The position numbers and the translations under genes were made by a program. DNA of 64,000 nt, from assembly GCA_043821365.1 (NCBI GenBank), contig JBDRCX010000006.1, positions 320,001-384,000 of the forward strand, read 5' to 3'. Under the pieces are notes generated by a model that saw only the letters and a program-made list of their open reading frames with translations, was not told where the DNA came from and made no database searches. This document shows, piece after piece, positions 16,844 to 26,171 of this stretch; the stretch's first letter is position 1; each line of letters opens with the position of its first letter. The stretch is from Candidatus Micrarchaeota archaeon (GTDB taxonomy: Archaea > Micrarchaeota > Micrarchaeia > Anstonellales > Bilamarchaeaceae).

Positions 16844-19843
16844 ATGAAATATTTTTTTGCTTTTCTTTTATTAAGTTCTGTTCTGTTTGCAACTAATGTT
16901 AATGCAGATTTTGAACAGCAAAGTTCTGGTTATCAAACAGATACTAGTATGCAATTTACAACTAGTTTTGTTCTGTCTCTTCATTCAGGTGAAGTAATTA
17001 GTGGTGACCCAAATGATCTTGAGACTGGTGATTCAGTTTGTACTGGCGCAAGATTAACAATAACCCCAACTGTAAATGCAAAATGGGCAACTAGTGGAGG
17101 ATCTCCAGATTTTGATGCGGATGCAATTTTCCCAGTTTGCGATCCTGCATATGAACCATACTGTCCATCAACCTCAAGTCTTGGTTCTGTTTCAAATAAC
17201 CGTAATATAAATTGGTTGTCTTCTTCTAGACGCAGTTATTTTGTATCACATTTTTCAAGTCCAAATGATTATCTTTATGGTTATTCAGATCATTCTAATC
17301 TTGCTGAACTTCAAAGTGTTTATAATGAACTTTCACCATTTTCATCCCAGCCTGTGACTTACCATGTTGAATTTGGCGGTCCAACTTACAGTAACAAAAG
17401 AGGGGAAGTTGGAGTTTATTGCGATGGTACTCTAAGATTAAGTGGCGGTGGTGGATCTACTACTAGAGCATCACCATTTTCTACTTCAAGCTGGACATCA
17501 AGTACAATTAATACTCCTGGAAGCTATGATTTCAAAACACAAATAGAAGGCATTGATTGTTTTGGAGTTGTTCTAAAATATCCTACAAATCTAAATGATG
17601 GTCATTCAGAATTTTTCTATATGAACTTTTATACTGACAATCTTCCAAGTATAACAAGTCCAGCTGCTGTTTCAACAGTTACAATTGATATTGAGGAAGA
17701 CGGTGGTGAATGTTCAATTGCTCTTGGAACACAACCAATAGAAATAACCTATGGCAGTCAAATTGGAGATCTACAAAATTTCATGGTTAAAGCACAAATA
17801 AGGAATACTGGTGCAGATGCAATTAACCTTACTGGTTCAATTGTCAGTTCTAATGCTGATTATGTTGCACTTGCATTCCCAACAGCTAGCTGTGGTGTTC
17901 TTGGAATACCCCCAGCATTGTGTCCTGCTTCAAATGGATTTGAAACTTCTCTTTCTGCAGGTGTCTCTAGGTATGTTTATATCTGGTTAGTTGATACAGA
18001 TGCTGCTGCAAGCGGTGGTACAACCTTAACAGTTTATGCTGAGACTTCCTCTCCTATGTGTGGGGATGCAGAAGAATGTTCAGTCGATATTGATTTAACA
18101 GGGCCAATAACATGTGAAGTAGTTCCTGATCCTATGGATGTTCCTGAGAATTATGAACAAAGATTCAATGTTACTTGTACTGACCTTGACCTTGATCCAA
18201 TTGCATGTTCAGGAACTGATTGGGCATGGGTACCTGGAACTTTCGGTACAATTTCTACACATACAAATACCTATGTGCTTGCCACTCCAACAGCAGCAGT
18301 TGGTTCAACTGGTGAAATTGAATATACCTCTGATGATGTGGCGGTTTGCAGTGCTCAGGTTACAGTTTTACCTGATATTGACACTCCAGTTGAATGTACA
18401 ATAGTTCCACCAAATGCAGATGTTGGTCAAATGGAACTTGCACAATTCAATGTTACTTGTATTAATTCACTAGGCGATGAGATTCCATGTGCCAGTACTA
18501 ATTGGTACTGGGAAATGGGATTCTCCGGATATTTTGTCACTCAAACTGAGGAAGATGCAACTGTTTATTCTGATGAAGCAGTTGGTTCAACTGGCGAGCT
18601 TTTCTTTGAACCTTCAATTTATGCAATTTGTTCTGCAAATATGACTATAATCTCACCAACATATGTGTGTGTTTTTGATCCTGATGATGTTATTGTAAAT
18701 ATGACTGATTCACAACACTTCAATTTCACCTGCTATGAAAATCTTGCTGAGACAGACCCTGATGATGCAGAATATAATCTAATCAATACTCTTACTGGTG
18801 TTTTATCAAATGATGATATTCATGGTGTTGATTATACTGCTCCTGCGCTTGGTACTGAAGGAGATGTTGAAGGAATTGGTTATTTTGATACAGGCACTCA
18901 TATAATTGGTGCAGTTGATTGGGCGCATGTACTTGTTCCAGATGAAAATTCACCAACTGATTGTACAATCACTCCTGCTGTTTATTCAATGGGCCCATAC
19001 GAATGGGCAACATTCGAGGTTGAATGTACAAATTTCTTTGGGGTGCCAGTTGCCTGCGTTGGTAATAATTGGTATTGGGGAGATGGACTTACTGGGGGTT
19101 TTATATCAGCAACAAATACTGAAGCTGAAGCATATTCAACATCTTCAGTTGGTTCAACTGGTAAACTTTATTATGCATCAATTGATGCCCTTTGTTTCTC
19201 AGATGTAACCTTGATTGCACCAACATATGTCTGCGATCTTACTCCAGACAGTGTTGTGTTAGCATATTCAGACAGTCAGCACTTTGACTTTGCATGTACT
19301 GTAGCTGGAGTCGCAACTGCTCCTGATGACTCTGATTATCAGCTTGTTGATGGTTTAACAGGAAGCCTGTCAAACCCAGCAATTAATGGTGTTGATTATG
19401 ATGCACCTGCTGTTGACAGCCAAGGTAATGTGCTTGCAGTTGGAACATTCAATGCTGCTCCAGCACCATTGGGTGGTGCAGTTGATCTTTCATTTGTAAG
19501 GGTTCAAAACGACACAGAAGAATGCGTTGGTGATGACTGCAATCCAGGGGACAGTGATGATTGTAGAATTCTTGCACCAAGCCCATGGTTTGTTTCAGAA
19601 GGAACTAGTGCCTGGGTTGGAATCATGTGTGGTGTTGATGGTGACGAAGTTTGCTCAAGTGTTGTTTGGAGCCTAGGTCCACCAACTGCTGGTTGGGTTC
19701 ATAACGGTAACAATCATGGAACATGGTATACCATCACAGGGAATCCAGGACAAACAGGAACACTTTATGCAGAAGTTGGCACTGATGCAGAATGTTACAG
19801 AGATTTTGAAATCGTTGAGCAAGACTGCGATGATTTATCTTAA
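16844..19843 (+). CDS. Secreted acidic Cys-rich protein with about six tandem Ig-like repeats (adhesin/surface protein)
   Basis: GGTGA SD; Sec signal MKYFFAFLLLSSVLFATNVNA; repeated C-x-x-x-P...F-x-x-x-C...GSTG units. Confidence 0.8.
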   Translation: MKYFFAFLLLSSVLFATNVNADFEQQSSGYQTDTSMQFTTSFVLSLHSGEVISGDPNDLETGDSVCTGARLTITPTVNAKWATSGGSPDFDADAIFPVCDPAYEPYCPSTSSLGSVSNNRNINWLSSSRRSYFVSHFSSPNDYLYGYSDHSNLAELQSVYNELSPFSSQPVTYHVEFGGPTYSNKRGEVGVYCDGTLRLSGGGGSTTRASPFSTSSWTSSTINTPGSYDFKTQIEGIDCFGVVLKYPTNLNDGHSEFFYMNFYTDNLPSITSPAAVSTVTIDIEEDGGECSIALGTQPIEITYGSQIGDLQNFMVKAQIRNTGADAINLTGSIVSSNADYVALAFPTASCGVLGIPPALCPASNGFETSLSAGVSRYVYIWLVDTDAAASGGTTLTVYAETSSPMCGDAEECSVDIDLTGPITCEVVPDPMDVPENYEQRFNVTCTDLDLDPIACSGTDWAWVPGTFGTISTHTNTYVLATPTAAVGSTGEIEYTSDDVAVCSAQVTVLPDIDTPVECTIVPPNADVGQMELAQFNVTCINSLGDEIPCASTNWYWEMGFSGYFVTQTEEDATVYSDEAVGSTGELFFEPSIYAICSANMTIISPTYVCVFDPDDVIVNMTDSQHFNFTCYENLAETDPDDAEYNLINTLTGVLSNDDIHGVDYTAPALGTEGDVEGIGYFDTGTHIIGAVDWAHVLVPDENSPTDCTITPAVYSMGPYEWATFEVECTNFFGVPVACVGNNWYWGDGLTGGFISATNTEAEAYSTSSVGSTGKLYYASIDALCFSDVTLIAPTYVCDLTPDSVVLAYSDSQHFDFACTVAGVATAPDDSDYQLVDGLTGSLSNPAINGVDYDAPAVDSQGNVLAVGTFNAAPAPLGGAVDLSFVRVQNDTEECVGDDCNPGDSDDCRILAPSPWFVSEGTSAWVGIMCGVDGDEVCSSVVWSLGPPTAGWVHNGNNHGTWYTITGNPGQTGTLYAEVGTDAECYRDFEIVEQDCDDLS

Positions 19844-19909
19844 TTTTTTTATTTAGTTTAATTTACCTAGCTGTGCCGCTCTGTTTTCTATTTGTTGTAA
19901 CTAACTAGT

Positions 19910-19937
19910 GGGGTCTAAGGGGGCGTAGCCCCCTTAA
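19910..19937. repeat. REP-like GGGGT-footed GC hairpin between convergent operons (possible terminator)
   Basis: GGGGT-CT-AAGGGGGC-GTA-GCCCCCTT-AA. Confidence 0.6.
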
Positions 19938-19946
19938 TTAAACAAA

Positions 19947-22511
19947 CTACATTGATTTAAACTCAACTATCATCTTTTCGAGTTCATCACTTGTCTGATA
20001 AATTATTGAGCTGCTCTCAGCTTCCATCTTTATAATTAGGGGAACTGTTGAAGCTGTTGAATTCATAATGTTCTGAAAATGACTCTTGTCACTGTTGTTC
20101 TTGAATACAATTATTGTAATCCCACTTTTTATTGTTGTTAATAATCTAGTGAGGAAGTCTTCTACCTTGATTCCTTTTTCGTAAATATGAATATACATCT
20201 GCTGTCCCATCACAGTTAGTACTGTGTCTGAATTCTTTGCCTCCCCAATAAGTGTAAATGGGATTGCGTTATTCACACAAATATCTCTTATTTTTCTCAT
20301 CATTGCAAGATATTCAATTGTTCTTTTGCTTTGTCCTTCCCAGTTTACCTTACCATAATATCCAAGTGATTCTTTTACCAAATCTCTTTTTTCCATCTCC
20401 TGAAGAATAAATTCAACATTATAGTCTGTTATGTATATTGGTTTACCTTGGTGTAGCACTTGTTTGAACGCGTTTTTTATCTCTCCTGGTGTTAGTGGGG
20501 TGTTCTCCCAGCGATAATTCTCATTAACCTTGTCAAATAAATTCAAAATAACATCTGCTTGGAGAGGTATTTTAGTTTTTGTTATTGGGGGGAAATCTGG
20601 TATATCTAATGAATAATATGTTTCTTCTTGCCTTGCAAATACCATACCAACTCCCATAATTCCTCCTGTAAATATTATAACAAGCCATACAACTGGATTT
20701 TCTAGAGGAGTTGACATTCTTGGGTGGGGGATATCAACTACTGTCGTAAGCTTTCCTGATGTAAATTCAAATTTATGTGTTTCCCCTATTGGCAATCTAT
20801 CATTTCCAGTATAAGAACCAACATTCACATCCAAATATTCACTATTACTAAAACTATATTCACCAAATCTACCATCGTCGACCTTAACTGTTATTTGGCT
20901 TAGTTTAAGTGCTTCATCATCCATAGTTACGTAAAATCTATATACTGAAGGTTTATCTTTTACCCCGCCAATGTATGTTACTTCTGGGGTTATAACCTTC
21001 ATGTATGTTTGTGCATATTCCTTTCCATTGTCATCTTCAAGATTTACTAGGTATTCGCCTTTCTCCACATAGACTCTAATGTCAAATGATCTATCTGCCT
21101 GGACATTAACATTTCCCTGTGGGAGGGTCTGCATGTCAGTTCCATTAATATCTTCGATAATTATTGACATGCTTGGCTGGGATGGAACAGGTTCACGAAG
21201 AAGTGCATTTATTCTTACTGGACTATCAGAAATATTCGTTGGTACGACGTTTCCACTTGATTCTATGAACATTTGATTTGGTGTTTGCAATTCAATTCTC
21301 TTGAATAACATCTCTTTTATCGGTGTGGATACTTTTTCCGAGTATCCGGTAAATTCAACCTTCACTGTCGTGTTGCTTTCTTGGAAAGTTTCTGAGAAAA
21401 AATATGATGTTCCATTGTAACCATCTTGGTTCTCGAAATAATATGTTTTGGTGTTTGAACTTGGGCTTATCCATGCTGTTTTGAATATGACATTTGAAAC
21501 ATCATTTGCTGCGCTAGTATAATTCCCCCTCCATCCCCCATCAAGGGTTTGTGGGAAAAATAGGAAAGCACCATCCCCTTTTTTTATTACACTAATGCCC
21601 CCATATAGGGTACTTGCTGTCCACTTGCTCCTTGCATTTACTAAATAAAGAGGCTGATAAATATGCAGTTCCTGAGTTGGGCTTATTGGACTTGTTTCAT
21701 CAAATGTAACTGGTAGGCTACTTACAACGCTTGTTGGTGTATCAGTTACCAATGTACCGTCTAATATTTTTGTGAATTTCTGTCCTAAGTATATAACTAC
21801 TATGCCTCGGTCTGCTAACTTATCCATAGATACTAAACTGTCAATACCTAACATTTCCTTTGGTATTACTCCGCTTGGTACAATAACTATTCCACCCTGC
21901 GGCAGTGTTTCTAATTGTCTTATCGTTATTTCATTTAGCATAAGATTTCTTTTCTTCAGTTCCGTCCTAAGGCTATATAAAAAGTCAGGATAGCTATCTG
22001 CCTCAAGTTTTTCACTATTTAAAATAAAAATTTCAGTAGGTATTTTCTGGTTGAATGTTGTTATGTTGATCGTATAATTGTCTATGTTACTTGTTTTGTA
22101 ATCTATCACTACCCCTGCGATGTGGGTGGGCGTGTTCTTCTGCCCAGACATCAATATAGATCCGTCTATTAACATATTTTCTATTGTGGGTCTCTCCATC
22201 TCTTCCTGCGTTAGCCCTGTTCCCGGAGCAAGAACCTGTGTTGTGAGGTATATCCACCCAACTGCAAGTATGATAATCGCTATTAAGGCAAATGCCCCAA
22301 AAATCCCAAAACTAAATCCTCCTTTTGGAGGTTCTGGCAATGCCCTAGTCTCTTTTTTCTCTTGTTTTTTTGGTGGTTTTATAAATGTTTTAATTGCGTC
22401 TTTGATCTTTTCTATTGGGGGACGTTCTTTTATTTTGTAGTTCACAGTCTGGTGGTATTTTTTTCTGATGTCGAAGTTGTAAATTTTTTTCCTTATTCTT
22501 GTTTCTGGCAT
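19947..22511 (-). CDS. Large two-TM membrane protein (extracellular domain plus cytoplasmic winged-helix-like tail), VirB4-operon member
   Basis: TM1 FSFGIFGAFALIAIIILAVGWIYL and TM2 VVWLVIIFTGGIMGVGMVFA; about 520-aa beta-rich segment between them. Confidence 0.75.
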   Translation of the reverse strand: MPETRIRKKIYNFDIRKKYHQTVNYKIKERPPIEKIKDAIKTFIKPPKKQEKKETRALPEPPKGGFSFGIFGAFALIAIIILAVGWIYLTTQVLAPGTGLTQEEMERPTIENMLIDGSILMSGQKNTPTHIAGVVIDYKTSNIDNYTINITTFNQKIPTEIFILNSEKLEADSYPDFLYSLRTELKKRNLMLNEITIRQLETLPQGGIVIVPSGVIPKEMLGIDSLVSMDKLADRGIVVIYLGQKFTKILDGTLVTDTPTSVVSSLPVTFDETSPISPTQELHIYQPLYLVNARSKWTASTLYGGISVIKKGDGAFLFFPQTLDGGWRGNYTSAANDVSNVIFKTAWISPSSNTKTYYFENQDGYNGTSYFFSETFQESNTTVKVEFTGYSEKVSTPIKEMLFKRIELQTPNQMFIESSGNVVPTNISDSPVRINALLREPVPSQPSMSIIIEDINGTDMQTLPQGNVNVQADRSFDIRVYVEKGEYLVNLEDDNGKEYAQTYMKVITPEVTYIGGVKDKPSVYRFYVTMDDEALKLSQITVKVDDGRFGEYSFSNSEYLDVNVGSYTGNDRLPIGETHKFEFTSGKLTTVVDIPHPRMSTPLENPVVWLVIIFTGGIMGVGMVFARQEETYYSLDIPDFPPITKTKIPLQADVILNLFDKVNENYRWENTPLTPGEIKNAFKQVLHQGKPIYITDYNVEFILQEMEKRDLVKESLGYYGKVNWEGQSKRTIEYLAMMRKIRDICVNNAIPFTLIGEAKNSDTVLTVMGQQMYIHIYEKGIKVEDFLTRLLTTIKSGITIIVFKNNSDKSHFQNIMNSTASTVPLIIKMEAESSSIIYQTSDELEKMIVEFKSM

Positions 22512-22529
22512 TTATCTCCCACCATCTAA

Positions 22530-23291
22530 TTACCGTACAATCTCCAAATATCCTTCGTTTACAAGTTTATTCAGTAGTTCTTCTACGCGTGCATTTGAAA
22601 CACTATATAATTTTGTGAACTCACCGATGTTTATGGATCCATTATGTTCTGCAATCCATTCTTGTAATTTTGCTTTGAGTGCATCTTCGCTCAAGCCCTC
22701 AAGCTCCTTAACTCTAATGGAAAGCTCGTCATTTTTGCTTTTTAAGTCATAGTTTTGTGTTGTCAATGCTTGATTTTGTTCATTTAGTCTGTTTATTTTT
22801 TTCTTGTAATCATCAACTTCTTTTTTAAGAGAATCATAGGAAGTGAAAAGTTTGGTGTAATCCATTGTTACTGAACCAGTCAATTCCTTTACTGCATTTT
22901 CAATAAGTTGGTATAATGTCTTTTGATCTACTTCGTAAGTCCCTTCAACCAAACTCAAAATGTTAAGTAAATATCTAAGAATGTCCATACGTCTCTTGTT
23001 CGGTCCAATTTCAGGTGGGATGGTATATAATATGTCTAATCCATCTTCTTTTAGTTTAATGATGGAAAATAAGTATGGATTTTTGTTTATGTCCCTGCTT
23101 TCAACATAAAGTATGTTTAGGACATCTTTCTCTGGTGCTATTTCAAGGAAGGATATTGAACGTAACAATCCGCCCAGGTCTTTTAGTTTTCCTTTTTTTA
23201 ACTTTCCTTTTATTTTGAATCCATCTACCTGTGGTGGATGGGTTTCTTCTTTTGCACCTTGTGGTTTTGGTTTGATTGGTAGATCAGGCAT
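22530..23291 (-). CDS. Coiled-coil protein with C-terminal winged helix, VirB4-operon member
   Basis: Heptad region LKKEVDDYKKKINRLNEQNQAL...; C-terminal INIGEFTKLYSVSNARVEELLNKLVNEGYL. Confidence 0.75.
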   Translation of the reverse strand: MPDLPIKPKPQGAKEETHPPQVDGFKIKGKLKKGKLKDLGGLLRSISFLEIAPEKDVLNILYVESRDINKNPYLFSIIKLKEDGLDILYTIPPEIGPNKRRMDILRYLLNILSLVEGTYEVDQKTLYQLIENAVKELTGSVTMDYTKLFTSYDSLKKEVDDYKKKINRLNEQNQALTTQNYDLKSKNDELSIRVKELEGLSEDALKAKLQEWIAEHNGSINIGEFTKLYSVSNARVEELLNKLVNEGYLEIVR

Positions 23292-23296
23292 TTATC

Positions 23297-23719
23297 TCAC
23301 CTTTTTTTCTTCGTTCGTTTTTTTACTGGCCTTTTCTTTTTTACCTGTTTTAGTACTAGTGGTTCTTTGAAAACTGCTGGGGTGTATTTGAATATTGGAA
23401 GTGCAATAACTGCTCCTGCAAGTATAAATGCAGAAATAATAGGCCACAAATCTAACCGTCCTGATAAGACTATGGAAAGTATTATTACTACAAGTATAAG
23501 TCCTGCAAGTACGGTTGCAATCATCATGCTTTTTTCAAATGATTTTCTTCTTTCAGAATGGTTCTGAAGATCTTTGGCACAAACATACAGCTCATTCATT
23601 TGAGCTACGCCGAATTTTCTTTTTACTGCCCTTATGGTTGTTATTATCCTGTCCTCTTTTATCGGCAAGGCTTCTTTACCATCCACATTTGTTTGACAAA
23701 TTACACAAACCTTTCCCAT
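23297..23719 (-). CDS. Small Zn-finger-like plus two-TM protein, VirB4-operon member
   Basis: CVIC...YVCAKD then two hydrophobic helices and a basic tail. Confidence 0.7.
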   Translation of the reverse strand: MGKVCVICQTNVDGKEALPIKEDRIITTIRAVKRKFGVAQMNELYVCAKDLQNHSERRKSFEKSMMIATVLAGLILVVIILSIVLSGRLDLWPIISAFILAGAVIALPIFKYTPAVFKEPLVLKQVKKKRPVKKRTKKKR

Positions 23720-23723
23720 ATAA

Positions 23724-25304
23724 TCACTCTAATGTAACCTGACTTACATCTCTTCCAATACCGCCGCTTTTCTTCAAGTCAACTTTACCAAATATGTTTA
23801 TCACTGTCATATCATCTATTCCTGCATCTTTGAGGAATTCATTTATGTTTCGACGTGCTATACCACTTCTCTCAAGCATAATAACAAATGATACAACATC
23901 CATACGTCTGCTGTTCTTTTCAAATGATTTTGCAAAATCTTCGACCTTATCATCTGCCAATCCGAATTGACGTAATCTTCTTCTGAAATCTTCTTTTTGG
24001 AATGAAACACTTCTAGACACGGATACATCCCTCCTTTGTTTTTCTGTTAAAACTTCCGTCATATCCAAGAAAAATTCTCTACTTGGTTCTTCCCCTTCTA
24101 TCTTATCTATGAGGAAAGTTGATGCATATGGTACTTGTGAAGTTAAGGACAGGTTGACGGCACACTGTCCAACACCTAATCTGCTTATTTCATCACGCAT
24201 ATAATTGCTGAAATTTAATGATCCCTGAAGATAATCAAGGAACTTTTCAAATTTGACTTTAAGCATAAATGTGGTTCCTACGTTGCTGAATATTGCCTCA
24301 CTTATATCTGTTGGGTTCTGCGACGCTATAATCATAGCGAAATTATATTTTCTACCTTCTCTGACTATCATGACTGCGTCGCTGTTTTCATCCTTTCCTA
24401 TTTTCCAAGCCTCATCCAAAACCACCAACAACCTAAGTCCTTTGTGGTGCGCCCAACCTTCAAGTCTCATTTTTTCTTTTATGAACTGGAGTATGGTAAG
24501 GGCAGCCAGTGCTCTTGCAGTTTCATCAGGAAGACCAGACAAATCAAGGTCAACAAGACCCGAACTTACAAGTTGGTCGAGCTTCACTGTACTTTGTTGT
24601 GCGAAGAAATCTTCACCTGGTTTTGTAAATTGTTTAAGTCTGTAAATTGCATTTTCAAGTTCTGCTGGAAATTCATATGACCCTACCTGTGCCTGTTCAG
24701 TTAATATTCTTACAACATCTTTGAGTGTTGGTGCTATGAGTGGTTTACCTAGTTCATCTTTCTGTTCATGAGCATCCATTCTGAATTTCCCTTCGATATA
24801 TACTTTTTCTATGGCCTGCTCGGTCAGCCTTCTTTGTTCCGGATAATTTCCAATATCAGTAAGAAGTTCAAGTGTTCTCATAACTTGTTTTATACGATCG
24901 TATGGTTTCATTCCACCAAGGTCAAGTAGGTTGAGGTAGGATCCTCTACCAAGTGCAACTACCTTACCATCAGTTTGTCTTACCCAATCTCTATATTCTC
25001 CTGCCCAGTCGATTATAAGTGCATTACTATTCCAAACAAATGCGGTTCTAAGCAAAAATGTCTTGATAAAATAACTTTTACCTGCACCAGATATCCCAAC
25101 AACTGCTATGTGTGGATTGGCTATGCCCTGGTAACTCCAGTAAAACGGTACATTGAATATTTTCGTTCTTCCTATATAGATAGAATCTGTTGGGTCTGGG
25201 AAAAGGACATCCATCGGGGGTTCTGGAGGCCTGACAAGAATGTTTCTTCGTGATACAGCACTATTTGGAACTTTGGATAGATACAGTTTTCCCCCTATTG
25301 GCAT
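23724..25304 (-). CDS. VirB4/HerA/TraG-like (DUF87) P-loop ATPase
   Basis: PHIAVVGISGAGKS (Walker A), LLVVLDEAWKI (Walker B), REGRKYNFAMIIASQNPTD; about 100-aa extra C-terminal domain. Confidence 0.9.
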   Translation of the reverse strand: MPIGGKLYLSKVPNSAVSRRNILVRPPEPPMDVLFPDPTDSIYIGRTKIFNVPFYWSYQGIANPHIAVVGISGAGKSYFIKTFLLRTAFVWNSNALIIDWAGEYRDWVRQTDGKVVALGRGSYLNLLDLGGMKPYDRIKQVMRTLELLTDIGNYPEQRRLTEQAIEKVYIEGKFRMDAHEQKDELGKPLIAPTLKDVVRILTEQAQVGSYEFPAELENAIYRLKQFTKPGEDFFAQQSTVKLDQLVSSGLVDLDLSGLPDETARALAALTILQFIKEKMRLEGWAHHKGLRLLVVLDEAWKIGKDENSDAVMIVREGRKYNFAMIIASQNPTDISEAIFSNVGTTFMLKVKFEKFLDYLQGSLNFSNYMRDEISRLGVGQCAVNLSLTSQVPYASTFLIDKIEGEEPSREFFLDMTEVLTEKQRRDVSVSRSVSFQKEDFRRRLRQFGLADDKVEDFAKSFEKNSRRMDVVSFVIMLERSGIARRNINEFLKDAGIDDMTVINIFGKVDLKKSGGIGRDVSQVTLE

Positions 25305-26119
25305 CAGACCACACTCTCTTCAAGTTCCTGAGGAGTTATTGGGAAAAAGCGGTCCCATTCAAAACACTTCATCATTTCGTCTCCAGTAAGTAAGCTTACC
25401 TCGACATTCAAAGCATTTTCAAGGTTACCTCTAAGTTCTTTTGCTTGTGAACGTACCACAGACATTGCTGCATCTTTACTTATACCAACTGCTGTTGTTT
25501 GTGCATATGCAATAATGCCCATCGGTTTAACTCCCTTAACTAATCTAGCAAGTTCATTGTCTTCTTTTTGAACTTCTCTCTCAAATTTGTCCATTTTCAG
25601 TACATCTGGCTGTGCCTTGTCTCTTTCACGTGCAAGTTTTAGCTGTGCTTCAGCTCTTCTTGTTTCAATTGATTTCCTTTTTGCTGTTACATCTTCTACG
25701 TAAAGCATATATGAGATTTTTGTGACGTATTTTATGTTTGAAATTGCACGCTCAAAAAATTGACTATAAATTAAATTTTCCTCTTGTGTTTTTTCTGTTG
25801 CGGATTCAAAAATTTTCATTCCCAGAAAAGCAGATGCATAGTAAACTCCCCCGACGTTTTTTACAATAACATCTTGACTCGGAGGGATTTCGTATCCGCT
25901 ATCAGTCATCATTACTATGTTTGTTCTGGTCGTTACTAATGGTATCATTATGTATCCATATCTCCAAAACAACACTCCAAGAAGTGCTCCAGTTCCAGCG
26001 GCCAATCCACCTAATATGGAGAGTATTCCACCTCCTCCAATTAATGCAAAGAGTGCTCCTAAAACTCCTACTGCTATAGCACCTATAGTATATGTTTTAG
26101 ATCCACTTACTGCCGTCAT
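25304..26119 (-). CDS. Membrane protein resembling a VirB3/VirB4 N-terminal module
   Basis: Gly-rich TM hairpin, then alpha/beta domain with coiled-coil insert; 1-nt overlap with the ATPase start. Confidence 0.65.
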   Translation of the reverse strand: MTAVSGSKTYTIGAIAVGVLGALFALIGGGGILSILGGLAAGTGALLGVLFWRYGYIMIPLVTTRTNIVMMTDSGYEIPPSQDVIVKNVGGVYYASAFLGMKIFESATEKTQEENLIYSQFFERAISNIKYVTKISYMLYVEDVTAKRKSIETRRAEAQLKLARERDKAQPDVLKMDKFEREVQKEDNELARLVKGVKPMGIIAYAQTTAVGISKDAAMSVVRSQAKELRGNLENALNVEVSLLTGDEMMKCFEWDRFFPITPQELEESVV

Positions 26120-26171
26120 ATATTACCTCTTAATTCTAATTAGCTGCGAAAGTATATAAAGACTGGCAACA

